From: an uncultured bacterium
Lineage (GTDB): Bacteria; Margulisbacteria; WOR-1; CAVSGV01
NCBI GenBank assembly: GCA_963699255.1
Contig: OY969425.1
Coordinates: forward strand, 1,050,001 to 1,082,000
Direction: 5' to 3'
Length of the DNA stretch: 32,000 bases
The notes beneath the pieces were generated by a model that was not told the DNA's origin, did not search any database, and saw nothing but the letters and a program-made list of their open reading frames with translations. Of this stretch, positions 23,965-32,000 are shown in pieces; positions within the stretch are counted from its first letter, which is position 1, and each line of letters starts with the position of its first letter. The position numbers and the translations under genes are program-made.

Positions 23965-24010
23965 CGTTGATAGCCCTATTCGTTGATTCGTTGCCTCATT
24001 CGTTGATAGC
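23965..24010 (+). promoter_or_regulatory. CGTTGAT-repeat element, copy 3 (33-bp core at 23978-24010)
   Basis: CGTTGAT at 23965, 23981 and 24001, plus CGTTGCC at 23989. The core is ATTCGTTGATTCGTTGCCTCATTCGTTGATAGC, followed by TCCCTCGCCCCC. It lies between the divergent response-regulator gene and the 24250 operon. Confidence 0.75.
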
Positions 24011-24022
24011 TCCCTCGCCCCC

Positions 24023-24050
24023 TGTTAAACACCTATAAAAGTGCTATAAT
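24023..24050 (+). promoter_or_regulatory. Putative extended -10 promoter of the 24250-32000 operon
   Basis: TG-c-TATAAT (24042-24050) with a weak -35 TGTTAA (24023-24028). This leaves a ~200-nt leader before ATG 24250. Confidence 0.45.
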
Positions 24051-24249
24051 TCTTGCTTTCCGGGGCTGGATACCCCCCCGATTCCATCGGGGCAGGCCCG
24101 AAAAAAAGAAAGGCTTTTTATGGGGAATATACTTCTTACTCCGGGTATCTGCTTGAGCCTGTTAGCATATCCCTCAATAAACCTAAAAGTGAATTCGCAG
24201 ACAATTAGTATCGATATAATAAAGAGCAAGAAGCTAGAAAGAGGATGAA

Positions 24250-24816
24250 ATGATGAATTCAAAAATGACAATTTTGGTAGTACTTGTTGTATCAGTCATG
24301 TCCTTTCCCGCACATTGCTGGATGAGAAATGCGGATATAGCCGCCTCAAGAGACTCTTTAAGGCTCGGTTTATATTCAGATTTTTCATTTTCATATGAAA
24401 AGATAATAGATTCAGATACTTCTTTTGGACTTTCGTATTGGCCGCTTCCTTTATCAGGGTTCTCTTTTTTCAGGAATTTGCTAGACGTAAGTTATAATAA
24501 GCAGTTTTATCGTGACAATAAAACCAGTTGGTCATATTTCTATGGAATATTTGGGATGGAACAAAAATTAAATGATGTCTCCTTGGTTTATCCTCCTTCC
24601 TTGAAAACCAAATATTATTGGCAAAACTTCGCTGCCCCAACCATTGGCATTTCATATGGCTACAGATTCGATGATAGATGGCGAGCGCGAGTAAATTTGC
24701 TTTATTTCTTTGATCCTTATGATATGGAATTGGCATATTTATTTTCTGATAATTACGAAATATCAATTGCCCTTAGTATGACAAATAGTATGTTTGGCGT
24801 TACTTATTTCTTTTAA
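24250..24816 (+). CDS. Small outer-membrane beta-barrel-like protein
   Basis: AGAGGA Shine-Dalgarno. Signal peptide MMNSKMTILVVLVVSVMSFPAHC. Alternating aromatic/hydrophobic strands and an OMP-type C-terminus FGVTYFF. Confidence 0.65.
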   Translation: MMNSKMTILVVLVVSVMSFPAHCWMRNADIAASRDSLRLGLYSDFSFSYEKIIDSDTSFGLSYWPLPLSGFSFFRNLLDVSYNKQFYRDNKTSWSYFYGIFGMEQKLNDVSLVYPPSLKTKYYWQNFAAPTIGISYGYRFDDRWRARVNLLYFFDPYDMELAYLFSDNYEISIALSMTNSMFGVTYFF

Positions 24817-24828
24817 AGGAGCTTAACA

Positions 24829-25620
24829 ATGAAAAATGCCGCAAAAGAAATCACCATACTCTTTATTGCATTTTTTACGATCGGAAGCGTCAAAATAACT
24901 GCATTTCAGAATCCCACCATAAATTATAATGACAAATATATTGAATCTGTGAACATTACTAATAATGTAATTACAAAGAAAAGAAAAAATGTTAATGACA
25001 TTGCGCCAACAATAACAATCAGATTTAAAAACCCACCTTCCTCTGTTATTGGATATATATTAGATTCATACGGCAATGCAATTGATCGATTATATGAAAC
25101 ACATTCTGAAATACCGAACAAAAAAGAATACATACTCAGAGCTCAATTCGATGATAATTATGTTTATAATGGATCGTATTATGTGCGAATGTTTATTAAG
25201 TGGGATGATGAAAACGGGAATGAAATACACAGCGAACAACTTAAATGCGACTATAAAATTAATATCCCTGAGAACACCATTAAAAATGGATTTTATATGA
25301 GGTCTCCAAATTCGAAGTTGTTTAATTTCGGTAATTTCAGCATTGACTCCAATCTATCTGACAAAAAAGATCCAATAATCGCCTGGGTAGATACAATAAA
25401 CAAGAACGTGAAAAAGTATCAATTATTTCTTGAGTCCAGCAGTACTTCAAATATGCCATACATTGACAATATAAACGCTCAGAAAAGAGAGATCATCATG
25501 AAAAATTATTTTATGAATAAAGCTCTTGGAGGTGGATGGATAAGAGCGGTTTTCAAGGATGGGAGTTACAAAGATACAGAAGGGATATCAAGGGTCAATT
25601 ATTTATATGATGGCATGTAA
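24829..25620 (+). CDS. Secreted or membrane-anchored protein of unknown function
   Basis: AAGGAG Shine-Dalgarno. N-terminal hydrophobic segment ITILFIAFFTIGSV. 263 aa with no motif that I recognise. Confidence 0.6.
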   Translation: MKNAAKEITILFIAFFTIGSVKITAFQNPTINYNDKYIESVNITNNVITKKRKNVNDIAPTITIRFKNPPSSVIGYILDSYGNAIDRLYETHSEIPNKKEYILRAQFDDNYVYNGSYYVRMFIKWDDENGNEIHSEQLKCDYKINIPENTIKNGFYMRSPNSKLFNFGNFSIDSNLSDKKDPIIAWVDTINKNVKKYQLFLESSSTSNMPYIDNINAQKREIIMKNYFMNKALGGGWIRAVFKDGSYKDTEGISRVNYLYDGM

Positions 25621-28600
25621 GAATAAAATACTATTTGTTATTTTATATATCTTATTTTCATGTATGGGAGCATACGCCGTAAGCCCATATAGAGATCAGA
25701 ATTTAAATGAGTTACCTGTCAAAAAAACAGAAAACTTCGGGATGTATAGAAAATATTCTAATGGCTTTCAAGAATTTCATACGGGGATTGATATAAAAAG
25801 AGGATTTGGGGCTAAGATATTTCCGGTTGCGAATGGAAACGTTGTTTTTGCGGGTTGGGGGACGGGATCTTTGAATGGGTACGGACAAATTGTAATTATT
25901 GATCACGGAGGCTGGCAAACCCAATATTCTCATCTTTCAAAAGTTTATGTGTCTGCAGGTGATCCCGTCGATACCTCTACCATTATCGGTGAAGAGGGAA
26001 TGAGTGGTCCCAATGGAAATCTTCATTACTACCCTTCTCACCTTCATTTGATTTACAGCACTGGGACCATAACAAACGATGACAATAGAATAAATATCGC
26101 AGGCTTAAGAAATCCTATATTTAAGGGATTGGATAATTTCCTCTATGATGCGCAAAAGCAAACTGTAATAAGGGACGCATTCTTTGTAAGACCGGGATTT
26201 GTTGATGGCGAATATAATTTTGGGACTTCAAAGGACAAAAAAGTTAGTATAAACGATAAAGAGATCTATAATATTGACTGGAATTATGGGATGCCAATAC
26301 GGATCATCGTTGAGGCATATGAAAAGATTTTCAATAACAGCACAAATCCTTATAGGATTCAATTCAAGATATTTGATAAATACGGATCCGTTTTTGATGA
26401 ATCTATCTCATTTGCTGACCTAAACATAGATGGGACTTACGATTACAATAACGTGTACAGCTTAACAAGTCCAGCGATAACAAGAACCACTTTAAATGGA
26501 TATTCGAGAGATGATAGGCTGTATTTATTTAAAAAATGGTATCCATCAAATACGGGAGATTATACCGTAACAATAAACGCTTATGATGCCAGCCCATTTA
26601 ATCCAGATGGAATATTAAAAGACACTAAAACATTAAAAGTTAGATTGAATTACCTTGTTGGGCTAGTTTTGCCTCCCGACATAGGGCTTGCGACTGTTGG
26701 AGCTTCCCCATTGAAAATTGACATACTAAATATTAGCGAGAAAACATTTAACCCAGATACATATATAGAAGGTTATCCCCATGAAACGATAGTGGAATAT
26801 GCGGCAAACAGTGAGGTCGCCTGGAAAGTAAAGATTGTAGATGGTTTTAATAATACTGTAAGAAGTTTTGTTGATTCCAATGGTACAAACGGCCAAATAA
26901 TGTGGGATGGAAAAGGAGACAACGGCAATTCTTTATCCTCAGGAATATTTAAAGTGAATATAACTGGCATTGACGATCAAAATAATATAAGCACGTGTGA
27001 AAGCGAAATATGTCTTGACAAGGAAAATCCAGTATTTTGGTCAATCCCGAGTGTATCAAACACTTATATTACAAGCTCTACCGAATCGATCAAAGGATCT
27101 CTTTCAGTTAACAAAGATTGCTCTATCGTTGTCCATGCTATGGATAAATATGGATCACAAAGACTGCTTGGATATCCCTTAGCGGAAAATGCATACCAAA
27201 AAGCTGGTGAAAGATTTGAGTTCAACTGGGATGGTATAGGGTCACTCCCAAATGGGGATTATTCAATAATGGTTATTGCTACAGATATTGCGGGGAACTC
27301 TACAGATTATAGAATTCCCATCACTATTAACGTTGCAAATAATCTTCAACCACCATTACTCCCGGTTACTACTCAAGAGAGTGAGGAAAAACCCGGGCTC
27401 TCTGATTTACCGCCCATGGAAACAAGACCAATAATTTCTGCCCTTGACTTAGATGATCAGGGAAATATGTATGTACTTTATGGCAGGGATAATAAGGTAA
27501 AAATATTTGACAATCAAGGTAAAGAAATAAAGGAAATTAAGTCCTTTAATAACAATGATTCCTTTAGATTGCCGTTGGGCATATCTGTTGCACCCAATGG
27601 ATCGGCTTTTTGTGTTGCAGATACATATAACAATAGAATATTGGTATTTGATAAAAACGCCAATTTGGTGGCTGAAAGAAACATAGCTTTTAAGGGATAT
27701 TTAGACATTTTAAAACGCACATCTCATGTCGGGGGCCTTTGGCATGAAGATGAAGAAGAACGTCGAAATATCAATGGGGCAACTCGATATTTTAATATGC
27801 CAACGGATTTAAAATATATCCCTAAAAGCGAAGAGTTCTTAGTGTTAGATGCGAAACATAATAGAGTGCTTAAATTTGATAAATCGGGGAATCCAGCAGT
27901 TATGTATAAACATGATTTTACCGATCAAGATAAATTAGATGAAGAAAAACTAATGCAGATGTCTAGGCAAATACCGTCAGCCGAAGAAAACCTTGGCTTA
28001 AATTTATGGGCAAATTTCGTCAATATTTGTGCGTCGGCATTTTATGGATTTTTTGGTAACACAGAAGTCATTAGCGCAGATTATTATTCAAATGAATTGT
28101 ACGAAAGTTACAGTTTTATTCATGGTTTTAACCCCAATAGTTCCGTTTCTGCTCCTGGAGACATTTATTCATCTGGCAGTCCTCCTGGTTTGTTTTTAGA
28201 TTCAAAAGCTTTTTCCATTGCTCACGATCATTCTTTTGCTATCGCTGATACGGTAAATAATAGGGTCCAATGCATGGATTCTGGCGGAAAAATCACTGAC
28301 GTTTTTTTGACTGCTGGTGCTGGCGAAACCGGAATACTTAGCCCAGAAGGAATAGCCAAAGATGATGATGGATATATATATGTTGCTGATACGGGAAACA
28401 ACCGCATCCAACGCTTTACCAAAGAACACACCTTCCTTTGCACTTATGGAGATTCAAATCTTTCGCCATCTCCACAGAAACTTATCGTAAAAATGGTTAA
28501 TGGAAAAAAATGGTTGCTCTATGCGTCCGGAGGTCTGGAGAAAATTCAAACCTGCGAAACTGATGTCCCTCCCTCAGACTTTTACCTGCAAATACCGACA

Positions 28601-31600
28601 GATCGTCTTTATTATATTAACAATAACGGTCTACCCATTTCCTGGTCATGCAAACACGAAAAAGACTTCATTAAAATAAATAAATATCAGATCATGGGTA
28701 AGCGGTCAGATAGAGATTATTGGGAAATCGTGATGGATGACATCTCTCCGGAAAGTCGATCAGTTAACTTTCATTTCCCAAGCGAGGGCAATTGGACGAT
28801 AAATGTTAGAACTAACAATGGAATATCATTTAGAGATAGTAACGGAGCAACTAATATGGGTGATTTGCCAATTGCCACAAGGGAAATCCACGCTGTCTGC
28901 GACTTTACCCCACCCAGCATTTACGATTTTTTCATGAGCAACAATTATTTCTCGCCAACTGCTGTTGGAACACTTGATGCAACATTTAGCGTAACTGATG
29001 CCGGCTCGATCGAGCTTCAAGGTATCAATGCGAACATTTTCGATAACAAATCTAATTTAATTACTTCACTTCTCAATTTGAGAGAACCCGAATGCGGTAA
29101 ATATAATATTTCATGGAATGGCAAGGACGATAATGGCGCAAGAGTTCCGGATGGGCACTACTTGTTGTACGTCAATGCGACCGATAAGGCGGGCAACTAC
29201 CGCGAAACCTCAAAGGAGGTCATTGTTGATACGGTCAAACCAAAGATATCAAATATCAGTCTTTCAACAAACCTGATCACTCCGAATGACGGCGGAATAG
29301 ACGATCAAACACAAATTTCATTTACCCTCTCCAAAGCAGCAGCTGTTTCACTGGAGTTCATAGACATGAATGACAAACTTGTCAGGAAGATCGATATTGT
29401 CGCCTCACAGGATGCCGTAAATCAAGTGGGCTGGGACGGCAAAAGCGACGAAGGCGAGGTGACCGACGGGACATATAAACTGGTTTTCAGTGTAATCGAC
29501 CTCGCGGGAAATGAAACTGTTTATGACTATGATCAGAATATCCAGATAGATACATCTGCATATTTGCTTAATGTTATGGCAAGTCCGGAAGTTATGTCAC
29601 TCGTGATCCCAAATCCGAAGCCAATAACCCTATATTATTCCGTCCCCAATACCTGCACAGTTGAAGCGTTCATCACATATATGGGCAACAATATCTATTC
29701 TCTTGTTCCTTCCGAAGATATTGGAAGAGGAACATATAAAGCTGAATGGAATGGCAAAGACAACAACGGTAATAACGTAAAGGAAGGAAGTTATAATTAT
29801 ATATTCTCAGCTATCACTCCAAAAACGAACTTCACAAAGAAAGGAATCGTCCGGATAGATAATTCAAAGCCCTATGCATCGCAGATATCGACCTCCCCTT
29901 CCGAAGAAAGCATCCAGGAACTGGATCAAATGACTGATGACATTGTTTTTTCATATTATTTAACCGAAAAATGCTTTGTGACAATTGATATTCTCGATTC
30001 CTATGGCACAGTCGTATCAAATGTCATATCAAGCCAGCTGCAGGAAGCTAAGGGCAATTCCGTTAGTTTCAGCAAAGATAAATTGATGGGCGGAGGCGTG
30101 TTTGAGCCGGGTGAATACTCCATAAGATTGAAAATGGTCGATGAGGCGGGGAACGAAGAAACGCTCAATAAGGCGAACTTCACTATCATTTCAGGATTGA
30201 GCATTTCAAATGCTGTCGCATCGCCGTTAATATTCACCCCGAACGGAGATAATCACGATGACTATGTCACTTTCAAATATAAAGTATCCGGCGGCGTTGG
30301 AGATGTCACGGCAAAAGTAAAGATAAAGTCTTTAGCTGGAGCCACAGTTAAGACCTTCACCTCTCAGCTTGCGTCTTCGGGCTATGATCAAGAGATTTGG
30401 GATGGAAAGGATGAACATAATAACCTTTGTCCCGATGGGCAATACCAGTATGAAATATCCGCAGCCGACAGCGCAGGCAACCAAGCATCTGCAATAACAG
30501 GGAGCCTTACTCTCATAAGTAAACCAACCATAGTCGTTTATGCGGATCCGAAGACTCTTTCTTCCAGCGGGAATGACATGACTATCTACTATAACATCAA
30601 TTATCAGGGGCAGCTTATTACGGGTAATTCGCAGGTAACCGCGACCATATATGATCAATCTAATACAATAGTTTATTATTTTTCCGACACAAAAGGGGAA
30701 GGAAATTATTCTAATAAGTGGGCCGGGCAAAACAATCAAACCGGAGGGATCGTTCCTAACGGAACTTACAGGCTGGAGGTCAAGTCATCAGATCCTACGG
30801 GGACCATTTATTATTATGCGACAGATCTCGTTGTTGGCGCGCCGTTGCAGATAACGGGAGAAAGCGCCTCTCCGGCTATATTCACGCCGAACGGCGACAA
30901 CCATGATGATAATACGACCATAGGATATGTCGTGAGCGGCGGGTTTGGAAGTGTTGTGTCAACGGTTGAAATAAAGACTCTATCCGGAACAACAGTAAAA
31001 ACGTTTACAGATTCGGATGTTGGAACTCCCGTTACATGTTCTTTTACATGGGATGGTAAGAACGGATCAAACAACCTGTGTCCGGATGGAAAATATCAAT
31101 ATGAGATAACCGCGGCTGATTCCACAGGGGACTTATCCGCTCAAATTACGGGAGAAATTGTTCTTGCCGCGAATCCGACGATAACTATGTCCGCAACGCC
31201 AACAACAATATCCCCGAATAGCAATGCTTCCACAATTCACTGCACGATCAATTACGGGGGATTATTTTCCGGCAATTCGCAATTAACGATTGAGGTATTC
31301 AATGGATCCGGAATCAAAGTTTACTCACTTACCGGTTCAAAAGGAGAAGGCAGCTATTCATATCTCTGGGGAGGAGAGAATAATCAGACAAGCGGCTATG
31401 TCCCGGACGGAACATACACATTGGAAGTACAGGCAACGGATCCTACGGGGACAATTTATTCATATACTGCCGATCTTGTTGTCAGCGCGGGATTACAGGT
31501 AACAGGAGAGAGTGCTGTGCCGATAATATTTTCGCCAAACGGGGATAATCATTATGACACAACGACCATTTCATATTTTGTTTCCGGCGGTGTCGGAAAT

Positions 31601-32000
31601 GGTGTATCAACGGTAGAGATAAAGTCATTAGCGGGCACTACAGTGAAAGTCTTTTCTAGTCCCTATTCCCCAGGCTCTAATCCCTCCTTTACTTGGGACG
31701 GCAAAGATATATCAGGCAGTTTATGTCCCGACGGCGAGTATACTTATGTGATAACAGCATCCGATTCCGCGGGCAATTCATCTCCAATAGTTTCAGGCGG
31801 CATTGTTCTTGCCGCAAACGCAGCAATATCCATGTATGCGGATCCAAAAACATTGTCTCCAAATGGCGATGGGATAACTAATGCTTCAACAATGTACTGT
31901 GTGATCAGCTACGGAGGCTTGATCTCTGGTGATTCGCAAATAGCGATGGATATTTTCGATCATTCCGGCATTAAAGTTTACTCGCTTACCGATACAAAGG
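25607..32000 (+). CDS. Giant secreted multidomain protein: signal peptide, M23/LytM peptidase, NHL-repeat propeller, many FlgD-Ig-like domains (partial, continues past window end)
   Basis: This ORF is not in the supplied track. I translated frame 2 from ATGATG 25607 across every sequence line to 32000 and found no stop (>=2,131 codons). N-terminus MMACKNKILFVILYILFSCMGAYA. M23 motifs HTGIDI, GYGQIVIIDHGG, YSHLS, SHLHL (25790-26050). NHL-type repeats VADTYNNRILVFD, VLDAKHNRVLKFD, IADTVNNRVQCMD, VADTGNNRIQRF (27430-28420). Repeated Ig-like modules carry F(T/S)PNGDN...WDGKD...PDG.Y signatures. Confidence 0.9.
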   Translation, partial: MMACKNKILFVILYILFSCMGAYAVSPYRDQNLNELPVKKTENFGMYRKYSNGFQEFHTGIDIKRGFGAKIFPVANGNVVFAGWGTGSLNGYGQIVIIDHGGWQTQYSHLSKVYVSAGDPVDTSTIIGEEGMSGPNGNLHYYPSHLHLIYSTGTITNDDNRINIAGLRNPIFKGLDNFLYDAQKQTVIRDAFFVRPGFVDGEYNFGTSKDKKVSINDKEIYNIDWNYGMPIRIIVEAYEKIFNNSTNPYRIQFKIFDKYGSVFDESISFADLNIDGTYDYNNVYSLTSPAITRTTLNGYSRDDRLYLFKKWYPSNTGDYTVTINAYDASPFNPDGILKDTKTLKVRLNYLVGLVLPPDIGLATVGASPLKIDILNISEKTFNPDTYIEGYPHETIVEYAANSEVAWKVKIVDGFNNTVRSFVDSNGTNGQIMWDGKGDNGNSLSSGIFKVNITGIDDQNNISTCESEICLDKENPVFWSIPSVSNTYITSSTESIKGSLSVNKDCSIVVHAMDKYGSQRLLGYPLAENAYQKAGERFEFNWDGIGSLPNGDYSIMVIATDIAGNSTDYRIPITINVANNLQPPLLPVTTQESEEKPGLSDLPPMETRPIISALDLDDQGNMYVLYGRDNKVKIFDNQGKEIKEIKSFNNNDSFRLPLGISVAPNGSAFCVADTYNNRILVFDKNANLVAERNIAFKGYLDILKRTSHVGGLWHEDEEERRNINGATRYFNMPTDLKYIPKSEEFLVLDAKHNRVLKFDKSGNPAVMYKHDFTDQDKLDEEKLMQMSRQIPSAEENLGLNLWANFVNICASAFYGFFGNTEVISADYYSNELYESYSFIHGFNPNSSVSAPGDIYSSGSPPGLFLDSKAFSIAHDHSFAIADTVNNRVQCMDSGGKITDVFLTAGAGETGILSPEGIAKDDDGYIYVADTGNNRIQRFTKEHTFLCTYGDSNLSPSPQKLIVKMVNGKKWLLYASGGLEKIQTCETDVPPSDFYLQIPTDRLYYINNNGLPISWSCKHEKDFIKINKYQIMGKRSDRDYWEIVMDDISPESRSVNFHFPSEGNWTINVRTNNGISFRDSNGATNMGDLPIATREIHAVCDFTPPSIYDFFMSNNYFSPTAVGTLDATFSVTDAGSIELQGINANIFDNKSNLITSLLNLREPECGKYNISWNGKDDNGARVPDGHYLLYVNATDKAGNYRETSKEVIVDTVKPKISNISLSTNLITPNDGGIDDQTQISFTLSKAAAVSLEFIDMNDKLVRKIDIVASQDAVNQVGWDGKSDEGEVTDGTYKLVFSVIDLAGNETVYDYDQNIQIDTSAYLLNVMASPEVMSLVIPNPKPITLYYSVPNTCTVEAFITYMGNNIYSLVPSEDIGRGTYKAEWNGKDNNGNNVKEGSYNYIFSAITPKTNFTKKGIVRIDNSKPYASQISTSPSEESIQELDQMTDDIVFSYYLTEKCFVTIDILDSYGTVVSNVISSQLQEAKGNSVSFSKDKLMGGGVFEPGEYSIRLKMVDEAGNEETLNKANFTIISGLSISNAVASPLIFTPNGDNHDDYVTFKYKVSGGVGDVTAKVKIKSLAGATVKTFTSQLASSGYDQEIWDGKDEHNNLCPDGQYQYEISAADSAGNQASAITGSLTLISKPTIVVYADPKTLSSSGNDMTIYYNINYQGQLITGNSQVTATIYDQSNTIVYYFSDTKGEGNYSNKWAGQNNQTGGIVPNGTYRLEVKSSDPTGTIYYYATDLVVGAPLQITGESASPAIFTPNGDNHDDNTTIGYVVSGGFGSVVSTVEIKTLSGTTVKTFTDSDVGTPVTCSFTWDGKNGSNNLCPDGKYQYEITAADSTGDLSAQITGEIVLAANPTITMSATPTTISPNSNASTIHCTINYGGLFSGNSQLTIEVFNGSGIKVYSLTGSKGEGSYSYLWGGENNQTSGYVPDGTYTLEVQATDPTGTIYSYTADLVVSAGLQVTGESAVPIIFSPNGDNHYDTTTISYFVSGGVGNGVSTVEIKSLAGTTVKVFSSPYSPGSNPSFTWDGKDISGSLCPDGEYTYVITASDSAGNSSPIVSGGIVLAANAAISMYADPKTLSPNGDGITNASTMYCVISYGGLISGDSQIAMDIFDHSGIKVYSLTDTK
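30203..32000 (+). repeat. In-frame 648-nt (216-codon) tandem repeat inside the giant gene, >=2.7 copies
   Basis: The anchors TTCACCCCGAACGGAGATAATCACGAT (30233), TTCACGCCGAACGGCGACAACCATGAT (30881) and TTTTCGCCAAACGGGGATAATCATTAT (31529) are exactly 648 nt apart. Each unit encodes two Ig-like domains (…SP.IF.PNGDNH.D… and …ADPKT.S…G.Y…). Confidence 0.9.

Noticed and set aside
25712-31881. Numerous 60-135-aa ORFs on both strands listed in the track (for example 30332-30739 minus and 30814-31074 minus)
   Set aside because: All lie inside the continuous frame-2 reading frame of the giant gene, which has clear domain motifs. They are shadow ORFs.

Overview
This 32-kb window comes from a low-GC bacterium that appears to be diderm, since it encodes outer-membrane-type and Wza-type proteins. 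The left edge is core genome: dnaG-rpoD (macromolecular-synthesis operon) and a convergent SAM methyltransferase. Next is a ~1.55-kb stretch with no credible ORF. It looks GC-enriched by eye, is rich in repeats and hairpins, and is marked at both ends by TCACAGTAT motifs; it may encode structured RNA. A three-repeat operator and a promoter with leaderless geometry then lead into a tightly packed four-gene operon of unassigned function. Its products are a tyrosine-recombinase fold with a degraded active site fused to a P-loop NTPase and TM helices, a DUF2971 protein, a DUF457/YdjM-like membrane hydrolase with a coiled coil, and a Wza-like Poly_export protein. This operon, together with the upstream non-coding region, is my best candidate for an undescribed system. 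An AT-rich accessory stretch follows, carrying a HigB-like toxin, a split HigA-HTH/ImmA-IrrE peptidase, a Beta-protein (sce7725-like), a convergent PD-(D/E)xK protein (sce7726-like), a single-chain type IIG R-M enzyme and a secreted PEGA-like protein. In the right third, three intergenic regions share a near-identical 33-bp CGTTGAT-repeat element. These regions precede an OMP plus alpha/beta-hydrolase pair, a PhcB-like methyltransferase with a 7TM-GAF histidine kinase (and a convergent CheY), and an operon ending in a secreted M23-NHL-Ig-repeat gene. That gene has more than 2,130 codons and is absent from the supplied ORF track because it runs off the window. I recognised no rRNA, tRNA, CRISPR array or intact transposase. 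All family assignments rest on motif recognition by eye and need HMM or BLAST confirmation.
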